The position numbers and the translations under genes are program-made. From a virus (lineage: Duplodnaviria > Caudoviricetes), in IMG/VR virus record IMGVR_UViG_3300031857_000007: a stretch of 64,000 nucleotides of DNA. The stretch is one strand, 5' to 3'. Positions 29,875 through 38,798 of the stretch are shown here, in pieces. The number at the start of each line of letters is the position of its first letter. Positions within the stretch are counted from its first letter, which is position 1. The notes beneath the pieces were generated by a model. It was not told the DNA's origin. It worked only from the letters and a program-made list of their open reading frames with translations, and ran no database searches.

Positions 29875-29890
29875 TGTAACTTTTGTTACA
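29875..29890. promoter_or_regulatory. NtcA-binding site
   Basis: TGTA-ACTTTTGT-TACA, an exact GTA-N8-TAC palindrome. Confidence 0.65.
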
Positions 29891-29892
29891 AT

Positions 29893-30219
29893 TTATCTTT
29901 CAATATAACTCAAGGTATGATTGGTAGCATAAAGTTGTTGAATTATTATATCACATCCAATTTTTGGATTACAATCTCCACAAGTATAAACATCTACTGC
30001 TGCCGTTCCTTCTTCTGGCCAAGTATGAATACTAATATGACTTTCGGATAACAAACACAAAACGGTCACTCCTTGAGGTTCAAACTTTTTTGAGATTGTC
30101 TGTACCACAGTAGCACCACTTGCAGATGCTGCGTTTTCTAACAAGTCAATAAGACAACGCTCGTCGTCCAAAAGAACAAACGAGCATCCATACAAGTTAA
30201 GTAGATAATGCTTACCCAT
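29893..30219 (-). CDS. speD: S-adenosylmethionine decarboxylase proenzyme (class 1B)
   Basis: FEPQGVT...LSESHISIHTWPE....VDVYTCG pyruvoyl self-cleavage motif. Confidence 0.9.
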   Translation of the reverse strand: MGKHYLLNLYGCSFVLLDDERCLIDLLENAASASGATVVQTISKKFEPQGVTVLCLLSESHISIHTWPEEGTAAVDVYTCGDCNPKIGCDIIIQQLYATNHTLSYIER

Positions 30220-30424
30220 CAGTTTCGTTCAAGTCTCCAAGTAAATCTCTAACAATTTTTTCGTTTCCGTCTATAGTTTTAATAGTATATAAAGAAGATT
30301 TCATATATTTTTTAATCTTTTTATATTTTTTCAATAAATTTTTTACTTCGTCAGTATTTATTGTAACATTTAAATTGTTATCTTTGAATCCAGAATTCAT
30401 ACATTTTCTCCTACCGATTTCCAA
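30212..30424 (-). CDS. Hypothetical protein
   Basis: ORF track; probable start at MNSGF. Confidence 0.5.
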   Translation of the reverse strand: MEIGRRKCMNSGFKDNNLNVTINTDEVKNLLKKYKKIKKYMKSSLYTIKTIDGNEKIVRDLLGDLNETDG

Positions 30425-31881
30425 TGATCAATGTGAAAACTCTCTATCCATTTTATGTGGTCTATGGTGAGATATTCTTCATCTTCCAAAGCAAAAGGTT
30501 CTATTTCTAATTTAGTTTTCCAATTTATGTCTTTTGCTGCCATAGTAAAGGTAAACATATTAATATCTTCTTCTTTATTTGGATATTTTTCATCCAAACA
30601 ATCAATATTTTCCATTATTTCATCATAATAATCATATTGAACATTTTTTTGGTCTATCCAAAAATCAGTGTCTTCTCTATAACAAGTTTTATATTGACAG
30701 AGTATAAATGATGTCCACCATTTCATAGAATCAACATACTCAGCATTAAGAGATTCAACTTCTCTCAAATAGTTTTCATTTTCTCCAAATACAGTACAGT
30801 CATAATATTTTGATAGTAACTGGGGGAGTTTTACTGAAAAATCATATGTAAAAGCTAACCCAGGAGCGTCTAGTGGTTCTAAAAATCCACCAGACAATCC
30901 TATGCTACATGTATTAAATTTAAAAGGTTTTTTATTATATCTTGGATTAAAATCAACTGTTCTTGGAGCAGCTCCATCTTCATACAAATCATCAATTAAT
31001 TCATCAATAGCATTAGAAATGCTTGTATGATTTGAACTAAACACATATCCAGTTCCAACTCTAGACCAAACTGGAGTTATCCATCTCCATCCATAATCCA
31101 TAGTCTTTGATATTGTATATGGATGAAGTTTATTTTTTTTATCTTCATAAGTTTCATATTCTATCGGACAAAATACTGCTTTATTTGTAAGAAGAATGTT
31201 CGATAGATCTTGATACTTTTCATCGAAGACTTTAGTATTTACATCAGATGTACCACTCGAATTTATAAAGTAATCTGCCTTTACATGATTGCCATTAGAG
31301 AGAATAACAGATTCTATTAATCCTTTTTCATTTCTAACACAGTCAACAACAGTATCTTTTATTAATTTTATTTTTGTATTCTTTAAAGCAAGATTTTTTA
31401 AATATTTAATATACTTTGATGCGTCAAAATGCCAAGAATGTGTTTCTTCTGGACTAAGAAGAACCTTATTATTTCTAATCAAATCAAAGAAATTTTTATT
31501 AATTAAATCATGATATGGTTTATTTTTTGACTTGTTACCAAAAGTTCTCATGTATTGATATACACTTTTGATCTTTAGATTGTCCAATTGTTTTGGTTTT
31601 TCATAAGCCTTAAATGAATGGATAAAATCATTTTCAGACCAATCCTTGTAATATACTCCATATTTAACTGTAGCGTCAGAAGTTTTTATAAACTCCCTCA
31701 TATCATGATCTTCTATATTTTTATGACACCTAATAACAGAAAGTGTTGTAGATTCTCCAACTCCTATAGGAGGTATGTTAGGAGAACCTATAAGTGTTAT
31801 TTCTCTAATAAAAGGAACTGATTTCAGAACATTGCAAGATATCCATCCAGCAGCTCCTGTTCCAACAATACACACATGCAT
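30397..31881 (-). CDS. Tryptophan-halogenase-family flavin-dependent halogenase
   Basis: GTGAAG, GVGEST, ATVK (catalytic Lys position), WHFDA, WRWITP, GFLEPL. Confidence 0.85.
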   Translation of the reverse strand: MHVCIVGTGAAGWISCNVLKSVPFIREITLIGSPNIPPIGVGESTTLSVIRCHKNIEDHDMREFIKTSDATVKYGVYYKDWSENDFIHSFKAYEKPKQLDNLKIKSVYQYMRTFGNKSKNKPYHDLINKNFFDLIRNNKVLLSPEETHSWHFDASKYIKYLKNLALKNTKIKLIKDTVVDCVRNEKGLIESVILSNGNHVKADYFINSSGTSDVNTKVFDEKYQDLSNILLTNKAVFCPIEYETYEDKKNKLHPYTISKTMDYGWRWITPVWSRVGTGYVFSSNHTSISNAIDELIDDLYEDGAAPRTVDFNPRYNKKPFKFNTCSIGLSGGFLEPLDAPGLAFTYDFSVKLPQLLSKYYDCTVFGENENYLREVESLNAEYVDSMKWWTSFILCQYKTCYREDTDFWIDQKNVQYDYYDEIMENIDCLDEKYPNKEEDINMFTFTMAAKDINWKTKLEIEPFALEDEEYLTIDHIKWIESFHIDHWKSVGENV

Positions 31882-31883
31882 TT

Positions 31884-32102
31884 TTAGTCAGCTCTAAATC
31901 CAAATTTTTCAAATATAATTTTGAAAGGACAAACTCCAGTAATTGCTGCCAAAGACAAAACAATAGGTGGAATGTAAAGTACCCAACTAATAACTCCCCA
32001 ACCTGTTAAGGTATTTCCTATTGCAACTACACATGCAATAGAAAGAAATGTCATACGAGTGGCAGAGACATTTGATTTAATTTTACGAATAATTTTTTTC
32101 AT
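31884..32102 (-). CDS. Small membrane protein, YgaP/DUF2892-like
   Basis: Two hydrophobic segments followed by AITGVCPF. Confidence 0.5.
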   Translation of the reverse strand: MKKIIRKIKSNVSATRMTFLSIACVVAIGNTLTGWGVISWVLYIPPIVLSLAAITGVCPFKIIFEKFGFRAD

Positions 32103-32431
32103 TTTCTTTTTTTTCTGTCTTCTTTTGCCTTATACCCCCACAATTTAGGATTTACTCTGCCGTACCCAAAATCTATCTTTTGTATTGATCCTGGCCCATA
32201 TTTATCATAATACATATCAAAAATACGAACTCTCGATCCCCGGACAAGATCAAGTTGTTCCGAACCTTCTACGGTATACCAAATCAAATAAGCGTCATTT
32301 GGGAAAGAAATATCTTTTGCCTGCTCTAAAGTAGTTTTCTCTAATAATATTTGGCAATTATATGATGAGGGAATATTTGTATTCTGTTTATTTTCCCACT
32401 CTGTCATTTTTCTCTCCGCAACTTTACTCAC
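32099..32431 (-). CDS. Conserved hypothetical protein
   Basis: ORF track, operon overlap. Confidence 0.65.
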   Translation of the reverse strand: MSKVAERKMTEWENKQNTNIPSSYNCQILLEKTTLEQAKDISFPNDAYLIWYTVEGSEQLDLVRGSRVRIFDMYYDKYGPGSIQKIDFGYGRVNPKLWGYKAKEDRKKRK

Positions 32432-33015
32432 GAACGACCTCCCCAGGTAATATCAGGGTAAGCCTCTTTAACATTTTCAAAAGATATCTTGTATTTATCT
32501 ACTAATCTCTTATCTTTAACCAGGCAAAGAACTTCTGCTTCTTTAGAATGAAGAGATTGAAGCAGATTTATAAACATCATTTCTCTGCGGATAGTCGTTA
32601 AACTATCATTTCCACCTTTTATATAATGATAGAGATTTTGATATTCTCTGCGAAGAGAAGTTCTTCCGCGAGCATTTAAGTCTTGTCCTGTTGCAGATTC
32701 TCCACCTTTTGATTCCATAAAAAGATTTTCAGAAAGAGTTCCTGAATAAACATTTTGATCATTTACATCGCCATATGGAACATCTCCTTCAGGAAGGAGT
32801 GAGATAACACTTTCATCAAAGTTCCATATAAAAATTGCTTTCAAAGAATCATGTTCATATGTTTTAAGAACTTCTACTTTTTTTGCATTACTTTTTTGCT
32901 TAGAAGCAAGTTCTAGTATTTCAAATACAAAAGGATTTGTTGGAAGAGTTTCAATCTGTTTTTCAGTTGCCGTCTTCCTCTTCGTCGTCGTAGTCATAAT
33001 AGTTTTCATTTTCAA
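32428..33015 (-). CDS. Conserved T4-like hypothetical protein
   Basis: LPEGDVPY, RREMMFINLL..LH..EAEVL.LVKD. Confidence 0.65.
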   Translation of the reverse strand: MKMKTIMTTTTKRKTATEKQIETLPTNPFVFEILELASKQKSNAKKVEVLKTYEHDSLKAIFIWNFDESVISLLPEGDVPYGDVNDQNVYSGTLSENLFMESKGGESATGQDLNARGRTSLRREYQNLYHYIKGGNDSLTTIRREMMFINLLQSLHSKEAEVLCLVKDKRLVDKYKISFENVKEAYPDITWGGRS

Positions 33016-33196
33016 ATCTTACTGATACTATTTCATCAGGAATTACCTGACCATTTTCATCAAAAAACTCTGGGTGTAAATACGGAGGTTTTGATTCTTC
33101 CAAGTGTCTATAGGTTAACCAACCTATTATACTTCCAACCATAAAAAAGAGCAACGTGAACATTACAGTGAATGTTATGACATATGCTGTTTCCAT
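32963..33196 (-). CDS. Small membrane protein
   Basis: N-terminal TM helix followed by HPEFFDENG and an acidic tail. Confidence 0.65.
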   Translation of the reverse strand: METAYVITFTVMFTLLFFMVGSIIGWLTYRHLEESKPPYLHPEFFDENGQVIPDEIVSVRFENENYYDYDDEEEDGN

Positions 33197-33214
33197 TTGT
33201 CTTCTCCAGAGAGT

Positions 33215-33454
33215 TTATTTTCTTCTAATATCAAAGTTAAATTCTATAAAGAAATGAAACTCTCTACGGAAAAGAGAGATCATTTTACCAAACTTCACTT
33301 GAAAAGTTTTTGGTCTTTCTGATCTTCTCCTCCTATTCCTAAGTAATAACTCAACACCCCGATTAATTTGGAGTTCTGATTTATTTAGTTTGCTTCTTTC
33401 GTCTTCCTGGTCTCTTGTCATGACTATATCTCCAGGCATCCTCAAGAATACCAT
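33215..33454 (-). CDS. Hypothetical protein
   Basis: ORF track. Confidence 0.55.
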   Translation of the reverse strand: MVFLRMPGDIVMTRDQEDERSKLNKSELQINRGVELLLRNRRRRSERPKTFQVKFGKMISLFRREFHFFIEFNFDIRRK

Positions 33455-33740
33455 ATAGATAATTTCTTATTTTTCTTGCTTGTGGTTTTGGAATATGTCC
33501 ATATCCCTCACGAAGTTGTTTATGAATTTCATCTGATCCCCCCTCAAGATAATCATCCAAATCCATTACTAAATTGTTAATTTCATTTGCAGTAGAACTT
33601 TCAATGAACTGCTCTACCTCTGCTTTTTTAGTTCCACGAACTTTTAAGTAATCATAAAAACCCAAAACAAATTGACCATTAAAAGCATAATCAATTGCTT
33701 TTTCTACATCGTTACAAACTTCGTGAAGATTATTATCCAT
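33381..33740 (-). CDS. Conserved hypothetical protein
   Basis: ORF track; start revised to MDNNL, which abuts the glutaredoxin stop. Confidence 0.65.
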   Translation of the reverse strand: MDNNLHEVCNDVEKAIDYAFNGQFVLGFYDYLKVRGTKKAEVEQFIESSTANEINNLVMDLDDYLEGGSDEIHKQLREGYGHIPKPQARKIRNYLYGILEDAWRYSHDKRPGRRKKQTK

Positions 33741-33976
33741 TAAACTAGATTTTGCTCCTTTAGATATTGAACAGTATCTGTGCAACCACCAATATGTTGG
33801 TCATTTACAATCACTTGAGGAAATGTAGACCCCTCTCCAAATTCTGCATAGAATTCTTCTCGTGTAAAATCAGTATTCAGTTTATAAACTACATGCTGTA
33901 GTTGTGCCAATTCTAACACTTGCTGAACTTTTGTGCAATATGGGCAACCGTCTTTTGAATAAATTGTAAATTTCAT
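33740..33976 (-). CDS. nrdC: Glutaredoxin
   Basis: CPYC active site, TFPQV, IGGCTD. Confidence 0.9.
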   Translation of the reverse strand: MKFTIYSKDGCPYCTKVQQVLELAQLQHVVYKLNTDFTREEFYAEFGEGSTFPQVIVNDQHIGGCTDTVQYLKEQNLV

Positions 33977-33979
33977 GTC

Positions 33980-34468
33980 TTAAAAATAGTTAAAGTTAAT
34001 ATTTGATCGATAATCTTTGGTAGTACATGTTGTACTTTTATGTGGAACATGTGGTTCAAAGAACAACATTCTATTTTCAATAGAATCAATCTCTACTTCA
34101 TCATTTATAATAGTTTTTCCGTCATTTGTATTTAAATACAAAATGCAACCAATATGAGGAACATTAAAATCAATATGAGAATTGTGAATTTTCAATTGAT
34201 CAGTTTTTGGATATAAATTTGCTTTGATTCTTATAAGTTTTTTGAATTGTAATTTGTCAATTATAGGATTTAAAATATTGATTTTTTCACTATTGATCTC
34301 AAAATCATTCAGAAATATATGAGTAAAGTATATACCATCATTTGATTTTTGTCCCGAAACAGAGTTATTTAAAAACCAGGGAAAATATGGGAAATCCAAT
34401 ATTTCATTTTTTATTTTCAAAAAAACATTAGCATCCAAAAAATTATCTACAATTTCGTAATTTGTCAT
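33980..34468 (-). CDS. 2OG-Fe(II) oxygenase superfamily protein
   Basis: H.D (HID), ILYLNTNDG.T, H.S (HKST), R.NIN. Confidence 0.8.
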   Translation of the reverse strand: MTNYEIVDNFLDANVFLKIKNEILDFPYFPWFLNNSVSGQKSNDGIYFTHIFLNDFEINSEKINILNPIIDKLQFKKLIRIKANLYPKTDQLKIHNSHIDFNVPHIGCILYLNTNDGKTIINDEVEIDSIENRMLFFEPHVPHKSTTCTTKDYRSNINFNYF

Positions 34469-34743
34469 TATGGAACAAATATAATGTCATCATTTTTTTG
34501 TAGAAGTTTTTCTGACTTTGAAGAAGATAACGATTCTTTATATGCTGGAAGACCCAATTGACCTGGCAACTGCTTATCAGTTGTTGATACAATATCAATT
34601 ATCTGGTCCAAAATAATCTTTTGCTTTCGATAAAATCTATTATGCAGGTTAAACTCAACCATCATTATTGCGTCCTTTTCATCTCCACAATTGGCAATTA
34701 TACGTCCTGTTGATTTTTCTATCACTACCCAATAATCATACAT
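34468..34743 (-). CDS. Hypothetical protein
   Basis: ORF track; start revised to MYDYWVV. Confidence 0.6.
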   Translation of the reverse strand: MYDYWVVIEKSTGRIIANCGDEKDAIMMVEFNLHNRFYRKQKIILDQIIDIVSTTDKQLPGQLGLPAYKESLSSSKSEKLLQKNDDIIFVP

Positions 34744-34855
34744 TTTTTTTCTTATCACTTTTTGTATTATACATTCGTTTTGGTGGCATGTAAAGTTGGG
34801 GCCAAGTGTCTCTAACAATCTCTGCAAGTTTATATGGAGTTGTAGATGATATCAT
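34736..34855 (-). CDS. Small hypothetical protein (39 aa)
   Basis: MISSTTPYKLAEIVRDTWPQLYMPPKRMYNTKSDKKKNV; overlaps both neighbours. Confidence 0.55.
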   Translation of the reverse strand: MISSTTPYKLAEIVRDTWPQLYMPPKRMYNTKSDKKKNV

Positions 34856-34926
34856 AGATCTTGTGTGACGGACATTATAAACATAAAAACTCCGAAGAGT
34901 ATGAAACTTATAAGAATGAAGAACAT
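34852..34926 (-). CDS. Single-TM micropeptide (24 aa)
   Basis: MFFILISFILFGVFMFIMSVTQDL; ATGA-coupled to the next ORF. Confidence 0.4.
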   Translation of the reverse strand: MFFILISFILFGVFMFIMSVTQDL

Positions 34927-34952
34927 AAAAAAAGGAGTTCAGAGAACTCCCT
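34926..34952 (-). terminator. psbD terminator
   Basis: GGAGTTC-TCT-GAACTCC followed by T7. Confidence 0.75.
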
Positions 34953-34962
34953 TATTTATTTT

Positions 34963-36024
34963 TTAGAGAGCATTACCCCTCGGAAGAACTTCCTCTGGGA
35001 ACACAAAGTTTTCATGTGGTTGGTCCACTGGAGCCATCCAAGCACGTAAACCTTCATTCAGAAGAATGTTCTTCGTGTAGAAGGTTTCAAACTCTGGATC
35101 TTCTGCTGCTCTAATTTCCTGACTTACAAAATCATAAGCACGAAGATTAAGGGCAAGACCAATGATACCAATGCTGGAAGTCCAAAGACCCATGACAGGA
35201 ACAAATAGCATGAAGAAATGCAACCAACGCTTGTTACTAAAAGCAATACCAAATATCTGCGACCAGAAACGGTTTGCAGTAACCATTGAATACGTTTCTT
35301 CTTCCTGTGTAGGTTCAAATGCTTTGAAAGTGTTTGCTTGATCACTATCTTCAAATAGAGTGTTTTCAACTGTTGCTCCGTGAATAGCACAGAGCAGTGC
35401 TCCTCCTAGTATACCAGCAACTCCCATCATGTGGAAGGGGTTGAGGGTCCAGTTGTGGAAACCCTGAAGGAATAGAAGAAACCTGAAGATGGCAGCAACA
35501 CCAAATGAAGGTGCAAAGAACCAACTGGATTGTCCCAGTGGATACATCAGGAATACAGAAACGAATACTGCAATGGGACCAGAGAATGCGATTGCATTAT
35601 AAGGACGGATGCCTACCAGTCGGGCAATCTCAAACTGGCGAAGCATAAATCCAATCAGAGCGAAAGATCCGTGGAGCGCCACAAAAGGCCAGAGTCCCCC
35701 AAGTTGACACCACCTGACGAAATCTCCCTGAGCTTCTGGACCCCAGAGAAGTAGAAGGGAATGTCCGAGAGCATCAGCAGGAGTAGAAACAGCAGCGGTA
35801 AGGAAATTACAACCCTCAAGGTAACTTGAAGCAATACCGTGCGTATACCAACTGGTGACGAACGAAGTTCCCGTAAGCCACCCACCCAAAGCAAGATAAG
35901 CGCACGGGAATAGTAGAAGACCAGACCAACCGACAAAAACAAACCTATCACGCTTAAGCCAGTCATCGAGAACATCGAACCACCCCCTTTGTGTAATTGG
36001 TTGCTGTAAAGTAGATGAAACCAT
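34963..36024 (-). CDS. psbD: Photosystem II D2 protein
   Basis: [21 protein letters not shown]...EVLPRGNAL, full length, no intron. Confidence 0.98.
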   Translation of the reverse strand: MVSSTLQQPITQRGWFDVLDDWLKRDRFVFVGWSGLLLFPCAYLALGGWLTGTSFVTSWYTHGIASSYLEGCNFLTAAVSTPADALGHSLLLLWGPEAQGDFVRWCQLGGLWPFVALHGSFALIGFMLRQFEIARLVGIRPYNAIAFSGPIAVFVSVFLMYPLGQSSWFFAPSFGVAAIFRFLLFLQGFHNWTLNPFHMMGVAGILGGALLCAIHGATVENTLFEDSDQANTFKAFEPTQEEETYSMVTANRFWSQIFGIAFSNKRWLHFFMLFVPVMGLWTSSIGIIGLALNLRAYDFVSQEIRAAEDPEFETFYTKNILLNEGLRAWMAPVDQPHENFVFPEEVLPRGNAL

Positions 36025-36038
36025 TTATATCCTCCGAA

Positions 36039-36062
36039 ATAAAAAGGGGTCCGAAGACCCCA
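36039..36062 (-). terminator. psbA terminator
   Basis: GGGGTC-TTCG-GACCCC followed by T5. Confidence 0.8.
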
Positions 36063-36083
36063 GTTTTAAGTTTTTATATTATA

Positions 36084-37163
36084 TCAACCAATTGCAGGTG
36101 CGGTGAGAGCAACAGGAGTGTTCTCAACAGCAGCAAGATCAAGAGGGAAGTTGTGAGCGTTGCGCTCGTGCATTACTTCCATGCCCAGACCAGCGCGGTT
36201 CAGAACGTCAGCCCAAGTGTTGAGCACACGACCCTGACTATCAACGATAGACTGGTTGAAGTTGAAACCGTTGAGGTTGAATGCCATGGTGCTAACACCA
36301 AGAGCAGTGAACCAGATACCAACTACAGGCCATGCAGCAAGGAAGAAGTGAAGTGAACGAGAGTTGTTGAATGAGGCATATTGGAAGATTAGACGACCAA
36401 AGTAACCGTGTGCAGCAACAATGTTGTAGGTCTCTTCTTCTTGACCGAACTTGTAACCATAGTTCTGTGACTCGTTCTCAGTGGTTTCACGAACCAGTGA
36501 GGAAGTAACCAGAGAACCGTGCATAGCACTGAACAGTGAACCACCAAACACACCAGCAACACCAAGCATGTGGAAGGGGTGCATCAGGATGTTGTGCTCT
36601 GCTTGGAACACAAGCATGTAGTTGAAGGTTCCGCTAATACCCAGAGGCATCGCATCAGAGAAAGAACCTTGACCGAAAGGATAGACCAAGAACACTGCAG
36701 AAGCAGCAGCAACAGGTGCGCTGTAAGCAACGCAGATCCAAGGACGCATACCCAGACGATAGGAGAGTTCCCACTCACGACCCATATAGGCATAGATACC
36801 AATCAGGAAGTGGAATACAACAAGTTGGAAAGGACCACCGTTGTAGAGCCACTCATCTAGGGAAGCAGCTTCCCAAATGGGGTAAAAGTGCAGTCCAATT
36901 GCGTTGGACGAAGGAATAACAGCACCCGAGATGATGTTGTTTCCGTACATGAGTGAACCAGCAACGGGTTCACGGATACCATCGATGTCTACAGGAGGTG
37001 CAGCAATGAAGGCAACAATGAAACAGATAGTAGCAGCAAGCAGGCAAGGAATCATCAGAGTTCCAAACCAACCAACATAAAGACGATTATCGGTTGAAGT
37101 AACCCAGTTGCAGAATTGTTCCCAAGTATTTGATTGTCGTTGACGTGAAATTGTAGCAGTCAT
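36084..37163 (-). CDS. psbA: Photosystem II D1 protein
   Basis: Full-length D1, [13 protein letters not shown] plus C-terminal extension, no intron. Confidence 0.98.
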   Translation of the reverse strand: MTATISRQRQSNTWEQFCNWVTSTDNRLYVGWFGTLMIPCLLAATICFIVAFIAAPPVDIDGIREPVAGSLMYGNNIISGAVIPSSNAIGLHFYPIWEAASLDEWLYNGGPFQLVVFHFLIGIYAYMGREWELSYRLGMRPWICVAYSAPVAAASAVFLVYPFGQGSFSDAMPLGISGTFNYMLVFQAEHNILMHPFHMLGVAGVFGGSLFSAMHGSLVTSSLVRETTENESQNYGYKFGQEEETYNIVAAHGYFGRLIFQYASFNNSRSLHFFLAAWPVVGIWFTALGVSTMAFNLNGFNFNQSIVDSQGRVLNTWADVLNRAGLGMEVMHERNAHNFPLDLAAVENTPVALTAPAIG

Positions 37164-37178
37164 TTTTTCTTAAAAAGA

Positions 37179-37282
37179 GTAGTAAGACCATCAGGGAAAT
37201 GGTGGAGTTACTATTCCCCAGTCACCCTCAGACTGGGTATGAGAGACGTAATTTATACACCCCATAGGTCTCGGTTAATGGG
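37179..37282 (-). ncRNA. PhotoRC-II-like structured psbA 5' leader
   Basis: GAGAC/GTCTC pairing; hairpin CCCAGTC-TGAGGGT-GACTGGG and hairpin ACCAT-TTCCCTG-ATGGT whose loops are complementary (AGGG/CCCT). Confidence 0.7.
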
Positions 37283-37330
37283 TGTTTAACAATGTTAAGA
37301 TTTATTAGAAATCCGTAACATTTGTTTACC

Positions 37331-37364
37331 TATTTATCATACTACGGTTTCCCGTGCCCGTCAA
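37331..37364 (-). promoter_or_regulatory. Overlapping early (sigma70) and late promoters for psbA
   Basis: TTGACG-N17-TATGAT running directly into GATAAATA. Confidence 0.75.
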
Positions 37365-37420
37365 GCCCCCCGAATGGGGACATCATGCTAAATAACAATA
37401 GTGTTTATCACATAAGAAAA

Positions 37421-37882
37421 ATGAAAAGACTTATTCTAGCCTTTTCGTTATTCTTCGCAATCCCAGTTAATGCTGCTGAAATCACATCAAGAATCACTGA
37501 CTCCGTACAATTGAAAGTTGATGGTGCTGCAGTTCAATCAACACGAATCGGTGCTTCATATTCAGCGTCAGGAACTAATATCCAATCCACATCCTTTGGT
37601 GGTGTAAATGGTGCCGGAACCTACGATATCAATACTCCAGGTCAAGCATTTACTTTCTCAGAAAGTTTCAATGCTGCCGATACTCCTGTAACAAATCAAA
37701 CAGTAACAAACGGTGTTATTGGATCTCCAAATCTTTATGGAGACAGTGTAACTCAAGTTGGTGGAGAAAAAGGAACTCTCGCAGGAACCTTATCTCCAAC
37801 TGGTGTTCCTACTGTAACTGCTGGTGGTGCAGGAACAAGTGCTACTGCTCAACGTAGTATTGAATTGAGCGTATTTAAATGA
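37421..37882 (+). CDS. Secreted hypothetical protein
   Basis: Signal peptide MKRLILAFSLFFAIPVNA; Gly/Thr-rich beta sequence; CTAAATA late-like site upstream. Confidence 0.7.
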   Translation: MKRLILAFSLFFAIPVNAAEITSRITDSVQLKVDGAAVQSTRIGASYSASGTNIQSTSFGGVNGAGTYDINTPGQAFTFSESFNAADTPVTNQTVTNGVIGSPNLYGDSVTQVGGEKGTLAGTLSPTGVPTVTAGGAGTSATAQRSIELSVFK

Positions 37883-38238
37883 GACATATCCTAGCAGGTT
37901 TATTCCTGCTAGGGTTCTGTTCTCCTACCCTAGCAGAAAGTGTTGTGCCTAATTTTACTAGGGGTACAATCAATGCGACTACAGAATCTACTACAAAAAT
38001 TGTAGAAGCAATTCGCCAAGTTGAATATACAACTGGAGAATCTTATACTGTATCTGGAACGAACATCAACATTCCCAGCAATCCTCAAAAGGGTGCTAAT
38101 TATTCGATTATGACGCAAGGTGCTCCATTCCAGTTCAGTGAAACCTATCTCGGCCCTGGAGTGGCTAAAGAAACATGGATAGATCGCACCACAGAAACTC
38201 AATCAAAAACTACATCAATGTCTGTCTTTACTCAATAA
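37879..38238 (+). CDS. Secreted hypothetical protein
   Basis: Signal peptide MRHILAGLFLLGFCSPTLA. Confidence 0.7.
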   Translation: MRHILAGLFLLGFCSPTLAESVVPNFTRGTINATTESTTKIVEAIRQVEYTTGESYTVSGTNINIPSNPQKGANYSIMTQGAPFQFSETYLGPGVAKETWIDRTTETQSKTTSMSVFTQ

Positions 38239-38798
38239 TATTAAGTGGAGCAGCATTTGCACAACAAGCACCAAGCAATACAAATATTGCAGGACCATCA
38301 GCATCTGCTACTGGTAATGTAACAAACCAGGCAGTTCAGGTACTTCAAGGTCCTTATGCAATGAACACTTATGGTAATGGTGTTAGTTGCCAAGGAGCAA
38401 CATTTTCATTTGCCCCCTTTGTAATTGGTAATGGAAATGGAAGTCAAGACCCAGAACAGTTCAGTTCATATTCTGGTAATGCTGGAGTATCAATGGGTTT
38501 CAATATTCCTTTGGATGGTTCATTGCAAGAATTATGCAAAGCAAGAGTGAGAGTTGAAATTTCAAGACAACAGGCAGAAGCAGACAAAGCACGACTTGAT
38601 TTTGAACTTGTAAGATTATTAAAGTGCGGTGAAGCAAAGAAATCAGGTATTGATTTCTTCCCTGCAAGTCCTTACTATAAAGTTTGTGCAGACATTAACG
38701 TAGTAGTTCCACAACAAACTCCTACCTATAACGATGATTTAGTTGATATGTACAAACAAATGTCTCAGAAAATCGATGGAACCAATCAATACAATTAA
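38175..38798 (+). CDS. Secreted hypothetical protein with Cys pairs
   Basis: Signal-like ...IILSGAAFA-QQ; four Cys in the mature part; start uncertain. Confidence 0.65.
   Translation: MDRSHHRNSIKNYINVCLYSIILSGAAFAQQAPSNTNIAGPSASATGNVTNQAVQVLQGPYAMNTYGNGVSCQGATFSFAPFVIGNGNGSQDPEQFSSYSGNAGVSMGFNIPLDGSLQELCKARVRVEISRQQAEADKARLDFELVRLLKCGEAKKSGIDFFPASPYYKVCADINVVVPQQTPTYNDDLVDMYKQMSQKIDGTNQYN

Noticed and set aside
36015-36919. Plus-strand ORFs antisense to psbA (36015..36356, 36570..36860, 36716..36919)
   Set aside because: Shadow frames caused by the biased codon usage of psbA; no SD or recognisable motifs. An antisense RNA cannot be excluded but is not supported by sequence alone.
34963-37163. 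Group I intron or homing endonuclease in psbA/psbD
   Set aside because: Both genes are uninterrupted and full length; no HNH, GIY-YIG or LAGLIDADG ORF was recognised.
37316-37330. NtcA box upstream of psbA (GTAACATTTGTTTAC)
   Set aside because: The spacing is N9, not N8.
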